64,000 nucleotides of DNA, taken from NCBI RefSeq assembly GCF_006345805.1, contig NC_043015.1, positions 14,942,001-15,006,000 of the forward strand. The letters are read 5' to 3'. The position numbers and the translations under genes were made by a program. Within the stretch, counting starts at the first letter, position 1. Each line of letters opens with the position of its first letter. Positions 37,180-49,226 of this stretch are shown piece after piece. Below the pieces are notes generated by a model. It saw nothing but the letters and a program-made list of their open reading frames with translations. It was not told the DNA's origin and did not search any database. The stretch comes from Octopus sinensis. Taxonomy: Eukaryota.

Positions 37180-37520
37180 CAAGATGTTTTCTAAGTGTTA
37201 GGCCTTTATTGGCCAACTCAGGTTGTATTGTGATAATGCTGTGGATGCGACTCCAGCTATTTATTTATTTTTAAACCTACATGCTTGAACTAGAAGCTGT
37301 CATCACTTTGGTGGCAGACTGCGGTATAGTGTATTCAGCAACATTAGTCCCTTGTACTGCACATGGTTGGGTGGGATGTTGGTGGCTTCTCTTCATTTCC
37401 AAGTATTTCTTTCTTCATTTGTACTTCATCATTTATGTTGGTGCTTCTGGTGGCTGGCAAGAGTGATTTTTGCATGGAACAATTGTCCACAGAGGTTACA
37501 TCTGGTGGTTAGTGATGGTC
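37180..37520 (-). mobile_element. 3' end of a BovB-like RTE with C-terminal C2H2 finger
   Basis: CNLCGQLFHAKITLASHQKHQH* followed by a 3' UTR and a simple-repeat tail. Confidence 0.65.
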
Positions 37521-37609
37521 TTGGTTGGAGTTGGCAAGCATTTTGTTATAGCCATTTACCATCTACACACACACAAGTGTTTGTGCATGCATGTGTCTTT
37601 TTTTAAGTA

Positions 37610-37647
<38 letters not shown>

Positions 37648-38479
37648 TTTGAACTTCTCCAAAAAGTGAGTTATAAACAGTGATGATGTTGTTGGCATTT
37701 CTCTTTTCCACAAACAGCTTTGACATTTGATGACATGAAGTAAGACATCCCTTACTGGAAAATCAAGTATGAGCAAGTGACAGAATGAGCCTCTGACTGT
37801 AAACTATTGCCTCAGTAATATATTTGTCTATGGCATGTATGCTAAAATGATTTGCATGCAAGTGTGTGTGTGTGTGTGTCTAAATATGTTCATACATGAT
37901 GGTTGCCTCATCTTGTCAGATGATAGCTGTCTCACATTCAGCTTGACTGTTCTTATTTACTTTCATCTTTGTATGGGATGTGTGGGTGTGACTTTTTAGG
38001 CCAGCCACTGGTCAAGTCTGTAAATGCTGATGCACATCCATTACCATAGGATTATATAAAATACAAAATAGATCAAGAAATGAAATAATCGGAAAATATC
38101 TGTATGTCACTGGATTTCAGTGACAAAAGCTTGACAACATTTTGCCACTCTTTTGGTCGCTATACACACATACATACACACACATATATAATTTTTCTTA
38201 TGTTCCTTATTCCCGTCACCTAAAATGTATCAGTTATCCTAATCCTAATGGTAGTTGCATTTTTAATTTGTAAACTTAATCTAGGTAGCTGCTGAGATGT
38301 AGCTTCTGCGTTATAGTCTTGCTTACATAACATTTTTATAGATTTAAGGCCTTAACTGCTTTCCTTACAAGGGAAATATAGTCTATTTGTATTACCTGTT
38401 TTATTAATATTTCTTATTAGACTGAGCAGTTTCTAATCTCCATATCCATATCATTATGTTCATATAATAATCAATTTTT

Positions 38480-38900
38480 AAAAAAACCAAAAGTAGAAGT
38501 CAAGATAGGCTCAACAAAGCTGCTGTAAGCTACATTGCTTGTTGTAGATTACTATATTCTCTTTACTCTCTTGAGGTACTCATTTCTTGCCCTCCCCTTG
38601 TTAGTAGGTCTAACATACTCAACATTCTTATCTGGTAGAAACCATTTGTATTTTTTACCTTGCTGTATTGCTAGGCCATTCATTTTGTATATTTCCTTGG
38701 CAGGTACAAATTTTTCTTGTTATACCACTGTAAATGCATATTTGAATTCACCAAATTTTATTTGAATGTCTGTGGAATATTTCCACATTGAAATCCAATA
38801 GGTTTACATTCTTACTGTCAGTTGTTTCATGCAGTTTCAAGTCATCCTGAAGTAAAGTTGAGAGATGTTTCTAGAGACAGGATACATTTATATATTCCAT
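38480..38900 (-). mobile_element. R4/Dong-like relic (similar debris at ~41050-41800)
   Basis: DKNVEYVRPTNKGRARNEYLKRVKRI...AFVEPILTSTFG parallels the post-RT region of the 8.6 kb relic. Confidence 0.55.
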
Positions 38901-39529
38901 GCTTTGGGAAAAGGTACGACTGTGGGTTTAATGAATGAAGAAAATGTACTGACAAGGTATCATCCTATAGGATCTCCACGCCTTTTCAAATTAATATGAC
39001 ATCCTGATAATTCCATGGCATCTATTATTAGAAGTGCTGGTACCATGATAAAATGCACTCAGTTCAGTGATTGAGCAGGGGACAATTTAGTCTTGTTGAA
39101 GACATAACCTCTTTTGTGCTGAAGCTGCTAGTGCACTCTGTAAAGTGATTGGTGGTAGGAAAGATATCTAGTCGCAGAAGCTAAACTTAAACCGAAAACA
39201 CTTATTTAATGCAGTAATTCTAAATAAGAAAGTGGATGTAAAATGATAATTTGTATTGATTTAAACATAATTACTCAAGAATTTCATGCTATAGAATTAG
39301 ATTTGTGCAATCAGTGGAAGGTATATTTTGTTCTTCACATATGAAGGCCAGACCCTTGAGCTTTATCTGGCCATTCAACACAATGTAAAGAATGTAAGGG
39401 GTTTATGTTTATGATTGTTTTAGTAAAAATTTTAGGTATTTACAAAAAGTTTAAAGGTAAACAAAATAGTTTAAAAGATAGGACAAAATAGTTTAAAAAA
39501 TAGGAGGATGATCAGGTAACAGGGTTACC

Positions 39530-40330
39530 TGAATAAAAAGAGTGCAGCTGTTTGTTAAAACTTTATCCAATACAATAGTGGTGTGAATTTCCAGTATTTA
39601 AGCATTCATTTTGTTAAAGTGGTGACAGTTAGTGAAAGATTCAGAACTTGTAGTTAGGTAATTCACAGATAGTACCATATGTAATTTAACAAAGTTGATG
39701 GCGTTCTTTTCAGCATTCCTGAAGTATGAAATATTATTACTGTAATGTTATTTGATTTTTCCACTTTATCATTCCTATTTTTGGCAGAGGTAACTTCAGC
39801 TTCGTTTATTATTGCTTCAGTATTACATAATTGGTTGAGTAGTAAACTGTGGTTTTTCTGCTTACCACATGTGGTATGGTTACTACAACCTTTATGCAGT
39901 TCTTGTTAAGAGTTTCTGGAATTGGTGGTTAATTAGGAAATGTTGATCCATTAGCAGTAGAAAATATTTGTCAGTGTTATTCTTAATATTTAAGAAAAAA
40001 GGGGTGTGTGAACCAACTATGGTTATGCGATCTGTTCTAAATGTAGTATACCCAAGATGGGGATGTGTGAGTAGTTTTATCTTTGAAACCACTCTTTGTA
40101 AAAGCAGTATTGTAATAGCAAGCCACTATGTCAAAAATATTTGGTGAAATACTCAAGATGGTGAATGATCCAACTGTAACGCCACTTCCAGAGTGATGGA
40201 CCCTATAGTTCTAAGAGTGGAGTAAATAGGACATCTTAGACATGTTGGGGGTGATTTGTCCACTGCCCTGATGGTTTATGGGTGAGTCCAGGAAGACAAA
40301 GGTTAGTGGAGTTCACACTGAGAGAAAAAC
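39530..40330 (-). mobile_element. Penelope-like relic (RT thumb to GIY-YIG region)
   Basis: PFFLNIKNNTDKYFLLLMDQHF...HQFQKL resembles the PLE linker PPF...KTNIGK.FL.LID.HF...HK.HKL. Confidence 0.6.
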
Positions 40331-42195
40331 AATTGGTTGTTAGCTTTAAGGCAATGTCTGACAGACTGGCTTCTTGGTAGGTTTCTATAGTTGGGATGAG
40401 GTGTCAGCCATCTTGGGTAATCCTTGGCACAGGATTTATCTCCTTCATAGTAAAGATATATCCATATGCATATTTATACATATATATGTACTTATACAAA
40501 ATATAGATATGCATACACACGCACAGATATGTATACATATACATACACACCTATACATACATATCTTTTCCTGCTCTCAACATTGTTTCCTTATAACTCT
40601 TTAAGTTGTATATTTTTAATGAAATTTCACAGAAATATATTTCTCTGGGTGTAGATTGTCATTCTGTTGATAAAATGTTGTTAAAAATTGCTAAAAGTAG
40701 AGAAATTGTTGGTAATACAATTGGCTGGTGTGGAAAGTGATCTAGAACTCATCCTCTAAATTTATTTCCTTTAATTTTATCAACATAATGATGTTTTATT
40801 TAAAAAATATGCATTTTAAAGAGAGTTATGAAAGAAGGATGGGGAGAATGATTCTAAATTTCTCCAAATAATTCTTTAATTTCATCATCATTTGTAATCT
40901 TCACCCTTGAAAATGTTTCTCTACAAAACTTCATATACATTTTTTAGAAAGCTAGTGGGAAATAGAATTGCAGAAAGTTGTAAGGAAATAGAATTCACCT
41001 TATGCTGTAGAATATTGGCAAGCTTTTTATTTTCTGCTTCTCCATTTGCTAAATAAATCTGTTGCTTGCTTGTCTTCTAACTACCTGGTATAATGCTCTG
41101 CTGCATCCATTCTTCCAGTCTTTCTAAGCCTGTCTTTTTGAATTTACAACTCTTGTCTATTTGACTGTTTCATCACCTTGTAACCTTCAATCTGGCTGGA
41201 ACTTCGCACCAGCCACAGACTTGGTCTGTAGTCCCATAAGAATTTCTGATTCTCATCTATGTTATGCATCTATTTCTCCTCCTTATCATCGAATGCTTCA
41301 ACTGGTACTTCTAAATTTCTGACTGGTCAATGGATTTTTAAGTTTCTGTATCTCGGTGTTCACCAGATTGATTGGTGATCAAATGGCTGGCTGATTTCCA
41401 GAAGTAAGTGTTGTAGATCATCAGGTTATGTGCATCACAGAACTCCAAAGGCCTTGTTTTTCCCCTCATTTTGAAAACCTAAGTCATAGCCTCTGTGTAC
41501 ATTGTGGAATCTATCAGAACATTGTCCAATTTGTCTGAAGTCACCAATCACGAAGATAAGATCCTTGTCATTTGTCATTGAAATAACCTACAAAAGGGAT
41601 TCATAAAAACAGTCATTTGTTCATCTGCCTGTCCCATTTAAGGAGCATATGCAGAGGTATATGCTGCTGCCATGCTTTCCAAGACTACTCTAAACATAAT
41701 TATCCTATCACACACTATGGCTACTTCAACAACTTTATTTATCCATTTCTTTCGCTAAATGTATGCTCACACCACCCACACCATTGCTATTGCCTACCGA
41801 GAAGAATTTATACCTTTGTTCTTTGCCCATGAGAAGTTTGGCTGAAGTTTCCCCATCTCTTACTTCTGACATGCAACATGCATCCCACCCACCCCACTCA
41901 TTTTAGCTTTTCAAAAATCTCATTAGATCTATCTTTCATTGTGCTTAAATTGATGGTGGTAATTCTAAAGTTTTGGATTTCATAGGAAAAGTAAATGAAT
42001 AGCTGGGGGACAACTTTCAGTATCTGAAACAAAGGTTGGGTGAACATTTGTCTGCAAGTAAAGGGCTCATGTCCAGTTATTTTTGCTCAATGATTTACTA
42101 TTTCTCCCAGATCCTCGAAATATCTGGCCAAGTAGCAGAAAAGAAAAGAAAAGAAACAAAAGTCTCTGTGTGTATGTGTGCATATGTATATATTT

Positions 42196-42405
42196 TAGAG
42201 AAAAACCTCTATTAAACAATTCAATAAAGAAAGATGTTATTCACACTATATAGAAAACATATACTATAAAAACCTTATTCTAAAAATCAAAGTACAACTA
42301 TTTATTGTACTTTATTGATTTTTAGAATAAGGTTTTTATAGTATATGTTTTCTATATAGTGTGAATAATATCTTTCTTTATTGAATTAATAGAGGTTTTT
42401 CTTTA
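42196..42405. repeat. Near-perfect ~100-bp-arm palindrome with a 7-nt loop
   Basis: Arms 42196-42297 and 42305-42405, loop CTATTTA. Confidence 0.95.
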
Positions 42406-42495
42406 CAATATATACATATATTATATATTGTGAAATTTGATTTAAATTTGTTAAATTGAATTTTTCCCTGTAAGTTTTGGAATTATATTCCCTAC

Positions 42496-42535
<40 letters not shown>

Positions 42536-42786
42536 TATATATATATATATATATATTTCAAAAATTTAAACAACAAATAGAAAGTTTGTAGCTAATTCCT
42601 CATTAGTCAACGTCCAGAAGATCCTTACAATTTTGTACCTTTAATGTTGATACTATTCACTTTTGATGCGCCAGCGCTGAAAAGCCACTGGGAATAGCTA
42701 ATGAATATACAAGACAACAATGTAAACAAACACAACAAAATAAAATAATTATACATAAACAACATAAAAAGCTGTGTCTATATATT

Positions 42787-43126
42787 TATATAAATTAAAT
42801 TAGAGATAAAACCAAATCAAACAGTGAAAGACATAAACCAAAACATAAAAATAAATATAATTAATATACAAAATAAATAAAATATTTAAATTTAAAATTT
42901 ATAAATTTTTAAACTTTTAACTTTTTAATACTTTTTGATTGTTTAAAAAAAAAATTAATTAATTAAAAAATTAAAAGTTTAAAAATTTAAAAAATATAAA
43001 AATATAAACATTTATAAATATAAATTTTAAATTTAAATAATTTAAATTTTATATTTTATTTATTTTGTATATTATCTTTCACTGTTTGATTTGCCTAATA
43101 GTGGTTTTATCTCTAATTTAATTTAT
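42787..43126. repeat. AT-rich imperfect inverted repeat (arms ~140-165 bp)
   Basis: TAAATTAAATTAGAGATAAAACC...AAATCAAACAGTGAAAGA vs TCTTTCACTGTTTGATTT...GGTTTTATCTCTAATTTAATTTA. Confidence 0.85.
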
Positions 43127-43219
43127 ATTTATACTGTGAAATTTGATTTCATCCTAAATCTAATTTTTCCCTGTAAGTTTGGATATACTCCCTAATATTA
43201 TTATTATATATATTTATAT

Positions 43220-43585
43220 ATAGGCACAAGTGTGGTAAGAAGTTTGTGTCCCAACCTACATTATTTTGGGTTTAGTTCCACTGCACGGCACCTTGGGCAA
43301 GTGTCTTCTATCATAGCATTGGACTGAACAAAGCCTTGAGTGGATTTGGTAGACAAAAACTGAAAGAAGCTCATCATATATATATATATGTATATATCTA
43401 TATGTGTCTTTGTGTCTGACCTCTAGACAACCGGTGTTGATGTGTTTATATCCCCTAGTGGTTCGGCAAAAGAGACTGATAGAATAAGTACTAAGCTTTA
43501 AAAAAATAAGTCCTGGGGTAGATTTCTTTGACTAAAACCCTCCAGCATGGCCATGGTCAAATGACTGAAACAAGTAAAAGAATAC
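43220..43585 (+). mobile_element. SINE family A
   Basis: Head-to-tail family-A blocks. Confidence 0.85.
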
Positions 43586-45088
43586 ACACACACATATATG
43601 TTAACATCATTATCTTCATTACTTTTACATTCACTTTTCCATGCTTGCATGAGTTGGATGGAATTCTTTTAAAGAGATGCTCTTCCTGTCATCAACTTTT
43701 ACATGTTTATTTCAAAATGGCGAGACATATTTTCCCAGAAGTTTGGAAATGAAGGGCACTCCTTGTTTGCTGGTGATGCTCATTTACAAGCATCAGCGAT
43801 TGTCACAGCAAGAAGTCAGTAACACACTCACACCATCATCACCCTGTTCCCTTTCAGTGTTAGCATGAGTTTTGTAGGTTGTTATGGTTGGAGTGAACAC
43901 ATGTTCAGAAGTGCTGTTCACCTACAGGGCTAGGGGACTTCATTTCACTCGCATTTCAATTTTGGCTTAGTTTCTATGTCGAGATGCCCTTCTTAATACC
44001 AGCCACTCTACAGAACATATTAAGTGTCTTTTTCTTCACAGTTGCACTTGAGGTAGCCATGTTTTTGACATGACTAAAGGGGTTTCACAATTTCTCATAT
44101 ACTCATTTGCCTGCCTCTTTAAAGAGTGATTACACTCACACATACAATTGTATGTTTGTGTGTGTGTGTATGTATATCTTCCTATATAAATTTGTATATA
44201 TCTATATTTGAGGATTTGTGTGTCTATATAGATGTGTGTATGTGTGTGTATGTCTGCATATTATAATGGAGAAAGCTGCTTATTAATTAGGTATGTAACA
44301 GTTACTAAAAGAAAGCAATTATTATAGGCATGACCATCTGAAAATATTTTTATAGATTCATATTCCAAGAAATTTCCTGTAATTTCAATTTCTGAAGTTT
44401 ATTGAATATTTGAACTACAAGTTTTTCACAAATTTAAATATTTGTTGCATTCACTGCAGAGTAGATTTTAATGTTTAATAAACTATATTATTCATATGCA
44501 ACAGTCTCTCACTATCTCTTGCCTCTATTTTCATTAATGATAGTTTAATATATATTCATTTCAGTATTATTTCATTATTTCACATGAAGAAATCAAGTAT
44601 TTTGTTGACTTAAATTTTGCTGTGTAAATTCCCTCAGTTTATTGTTTGTACATACTGGAAAAAAATTATATTGGACAACTTATTAAAACTTACTGAAGCT
44701 TTAAACTCTTGTGACATTTCTTTTCCATTGTTATCTAAGAATTTTCAAGTGAATTTGCTGCTATGGCTATTTGATATGCTATAGGTATTAAAATATCTCT
44801 GTATGATTGCTGATATTTTTTGCACACTAAACATAGTTGGACTACCTTTATGTTTGTTTAAAAAAGAGAGATTTTGACTGATAAAATAATGAAAGCAATA
44901 TTTACTAAGCAAATGAACACTACTATACAAAAAAGTAATTAGATGTAAAATATCATGAAAGTTATTAGAATTGAGAATCAAATGTGAAAATATTATCAAG
45001 TGGCTAGCAGAAATCTGCCCAGAGTGTGGTTGGATCATTAGCCCCCACACGCAATTTTTTTTTTCTCTCCTTGTTTCTTTTCTGTGTA

Positions 45089-45126
45089 TCTTTCTGTCGA
45101 AGAGCGTAGGCTCAAAACGTAAAAGA
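45089..45126 (+). ncRNA. Degenerate Penelope-type minimal hammerhead ribozyme motif
   Basis: UCUUU-CUGUCGA-A-GAGC(GUAG)GCUC-AAAA-CG-UA-AAAGA: 5-bp stem I, 4-bp stem II, ACGU palindromic stem III. Core deviates at A6 and G12. Confidence 0.6.
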
Positions 45127-45222
45127 CTTGTTTTATTTCTATTTCTGAGTGCCACACTAATACATTATTTGTTTGTACTCCACCTGCCTTCGTCTTTTGT
45201 TTATTTTCGTAAACCTTCCGTA

Positions 45223-45257
<35 letters not shown>

Positions 45258-45698
45258 TATGTGTGTGTGTATGTATGACAATGTATAAATACAGGTCATA
45301 ACAAACTTTTCCTTTGTTAGAGTAAATTTGGCTTACAGCTGTTTCAAGTAGTCATTATAGATACATTACCAAAAGGTTTACTCAGTTGGTTTATTGATAA
45401 GTTGAGGAAAACCTTTAATGACTACTGGAAATTTATTCTAATAATGGAAAAATATGTAATGGACATTATAACTTGTCTTATATAACACTCTGTGTAAAAC
45501 CAGTTTGACTGGAGCCCAGCCATGGATTTAAGATATAGAATTGGGATGAACCAGAACCTTGAACCCTGCCATAAGAATGCTCAGAGTTCTTCACTAATGT
45601 AAAACAATGCTGCTAGCCTGATATGCTAACAGAGAGGAAGTATTTTGCTCAGATTGAAAATCCTTCACTATGTGAATATGTGTATGTATATATATGTG

Positions 45699-45733
<35 letters not shown>

Positions 45734-45802
45734 TCACGCACATGCACATATATACATATACACACATTATATATATATATGTATGTGTGTGTGTATATAA
45801 AT

Positions 45803-45838
45803 ATTTTACAATTTTATCAATTTTTACATTAAACTGAT

Positions 45839-45890
<52 letters not shown>

Positions 45891-45926
45891 ATCAGTTTAA
45901 TGTAAAAATTGATAAAATTGTAAAAT
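45803..45926. repeat. Palindrome with perfect 38-bp unique arms around (TG)9(TA)10(CA)7
   Basis: ATTTTACAATTTTATCAATTTTTACATTAAACTGATTG is the exact reverse complement of CAATCAGTTTAATGTAAAAATTGATAAAATTGTAAAAT. Confidence 0.97.
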
Positions 45927-46719
45927 GTATGCAAATATTTGTTATGCATGTGGCAAACATCTGTTACAGGATTCAATACTTCAAGTATATGATGTCAACA
46001 CATGACAGTCCACTCAAATTTGAACTCCCAGCTGATTACAGCTATGACATAAACAAAAGGTTTTATTGCACTTAATGACCTATGAATGTAGTGGAAAATT
46101 CTGATTTTTCACAGTGGTGTGGGTGGATACATTACTAATTTTATTTCAGGATTTTAAATATTGGAGGAAAATAAATCTGCGTCATTCGTTTGCTTCATAG
46201 CGATGATTAATATGTGTAGAAGATAAGTGTGTGTGTTTGTGGGTGTGTCACAAAGTATTTACTATTGTTTCTTTGTTCAGAATGTATTTGTTTGTATGTA
46301 GGCTGACATACATGTGTATCTATGTGTGTCTAAATGTACATGTGTGTGTGTGTATATTTATTTATTTATATACATAAATTCACTTGAAAAACGGGTAAGG
46401 ATTAACAGTAGCAAAGGCTGGCTATAAAACAATGCTTTAACAATGTTTTGCTCAAGCCCCTGCTAGCAAGGAATAACAGGCATAAAAATGTATGAAGATG
46501 ATTATATGTGTGTATATGTTGTTTATAAATATATCAGTATAATCCAAATAAGAAAGATCTGTATTATTAACATAATAAAAGAGAATATATGTAACCATAA
46601 GTTTAGGTTGAGTGCTGTATTGGAAATACTCTGATTTCCTAATCTCACAATAATGTATATATATATCAAATAAGCAGAAAATGGAAATTAGTACAAAACT
46701 TTAAAGTTTTGTATTAAAA

Positions 46720-46763
46720 AATGTGTGTGTGTGTATTTATTTATATATATATATATGTCTGTG

Positions 46764-46825
<62 letters not shown>

Positions 46826-46872
46826 CTGTTTGTGTATATATATGTGTGTGTATATATATGTGTGTATATATA

Positions 46873-46913
<41 letters not shown>

Positions 46914-46989
46914 TATATACATGTGTTTATGTATATGTATGTATATGTATATGTATATATATGTATGTGTATATATATATATATTTGTT

Positions 46990-47020
<31 letters not shown>

Positions 47021-47491
47021 ATATATATATGTTTATATATATGTATGTGTATATATATATGTTTATATATATATATGTGAATGTATATGTATGTGTATAT
47101 ATATATATATGTTTATATATATATATGTGAATGTATATGTATGTGTATATATATGTGTATATGTATATGTATGTGTATATATATGTGTATATGTATATAT
47201 ATATGTGTATATATATATATGTGTGTATATATATATGTGTATATGTATGTATGTATATGTGTATATGTATGTATGTATATGTGTATATGTATGTATGTAT
47301 GTATGTATATGTATGTATGTATATGTGTATATATATATATGTATGTGTGTGTATGTATATGTGTATATATATATATGTATGTGTGTGTATGTATATGTGT
47401 ATATATATATATATGTATGTGTGTGTATGTATATGTGTATATATATATGTATGTATGTGTGTGTATGTATATGTGTATATATATATATGTA

Positions 47492-47526
<35 letters not shown>

Positions 47527-48319
47527 CAAATACAAAAATGGGACAAGAACACAAAACATCCACACAGTTATGTGTTACAAACGGGACAACAAAACATCCA
47601 GACAGACAATACAGTGAAAACAAGGATGGGTCATTCAGAGTTTTCTTTCCTAAGTCGAATTCCAGATTATCTTTGCAATTTTGGCTGGTTATACTCAAGA
47701 TTGTTCCAATCTGGCCAGGCCCAAGGAAAAACTAAGCTAAGAGCATTAGATTCCTTGGAAGAAAGCAGCGAATGTATACAAAAACAAGGATGGGAAAAAA
47801 AAAACATCCAGATAGGTGATACAAAAAAGGGACAACAAAACATCCAGATAGACGATACAAAGAAAACAAGGATGGGTCATTTGGAGTTTTCTTTCCTCAG
47901 TTAAGTTCCAGATTATCTTTGCAATTTCGGCTGGTTATACTCGAGATTGGTCCAATCTGGCCAGCCCCGAGTATATATATATGTTTATATGTATATATGT
48001 ATGCATGTATCTGTATATATGTATGTATATATGTATGCATGTATCTTTATGTATATGTGTATATGTATATATATAACTTACTTGGAAAAGGATGCATGGC
48101 GTTCAATCATATAATAATATAAATATATGCATATAAACATACATATATGTACATACCTACATATGTGTATATATACATGCATATATGGGTACAGGACATA
48201 AAAAAAAAACAACATTGAACACAATGAGAAACGAAAATATAAAATCAAAAACATAGAAACAAACTTTTTTTCAAACAACGAAAAAACAGGGAAACGAGAC
48301 ATACAACATAAAGAATATG

Positions 48320-48368
<49 letters not shown>

Positions 48369-48576
48369 ATTGTTGGTGTCCTATGTCTCCTGTTTCTGAA
48401 GAAGAGCTTTGCTCAAAACGTAAAACCACCTTTCTTTCCTTCCTTGAATGTCTGCTAATACTTTACATGTACCATGTCCTCGCGTTTGTGTTTGTTCTTT
48501 TTTTTATTTAAATATATATACATGTGTATGTGTATATATATATGTGTGTGTGTGTATATATATATGTGTGTGTATA

Positions 48577-48629
<53 letters not shown>

Positions 48630-48720
48630 TTGTATATATACATATGTGTTTGTGTGTGTGTGTATATGTATATATATATGTATGTGGGTACTGTATGTAT
48701 GTATGTATGTGTCATTGTTC
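46720..48720. repeat. ~2-kb compound (TA)n/(TG)n/(TATG)n microsatellite field with embedded element fragments
   Basis: Direct reading. It explains all the Y/I/C/V/M-rich ORFs in the track. Confidence 0.95.
48392..48426 (+). ncRNA. Penelope-type minimal hammerhead ribozyme motif (G12 to A)
   Basis: GUUU-CUGAAGA-A-GAGC(UUU)GCUC-AAAA-CG-UA-AAAC: intact CUGAAGA core, stems I and II and ACGU stem III. Only GAAA is changed to AAAA. Confidence 0.72.
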
Positions 48721-49010
48721 AATTTTATTTCAAGATTTTTTGCCAATAGAGAAAGAGCCGGTTTCTAACTTAGATCCAAGGCTCCTTCATTGAAATTTCA
48801 GCATGAACAACAGTGTATTTTTATTTGTATGTATATGTGTAGATTTATATATTTTGTTTTATGTATATATTCTCATGCATATAGTTGCTTATCTAGACAT
48901 GCTCATATATATTTAAATGTATATATATATATGCACTCTTGCACACAAACACTTATTCACAGACATGTACATACCTGCATACACTTCTATATGCATATAA
49001 ATATATTTAA

Positions 49011-49226
49011 CCCTTTTTCATTTCAACTGGCCATATCCGGCCTAAATACTCTGTTTTATGTTCAAACTGGCCAGATCCAGCCTCTCACAACTACGCTACA
49101 GTGTCATTCTAAAAATAAACACTCAAACCATTGAAATTTCAAAGCTATGTGATAATACATGATTAATTTGAAACGGCGTGAATAAATAAGCAATACATTT
49201 GACAGAGTAATCTGAATGCTAAAGGG
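49011..49226 (-). mobile_element. piggyBac-type MITE (~216 bp). Other copies near 26645-26828, 36230-36448, 50165-50360, 55507-55943, 55965-56190, 58075-58283
   Basis: CCCTT...AAAGGG termini next to TTAA (TTAA on both sides of the 55507-55943 copy). Confidence 0.75.

Noticed and set aside
39270-39320. Hammerhead remnant at the 3' end of the Penelope-like relic (minus strand CTGATTG...GAAA...GAGTA)
   Set aside because: G8/A9 and stems I and II are lost; the position is suggestive but it is too degenerate to call.
42585-42625. Minus-strand CTAATGAG...CAAAC as a hammerhead
   Set aside because: It needs several core changes, and stems I and III do not pair.
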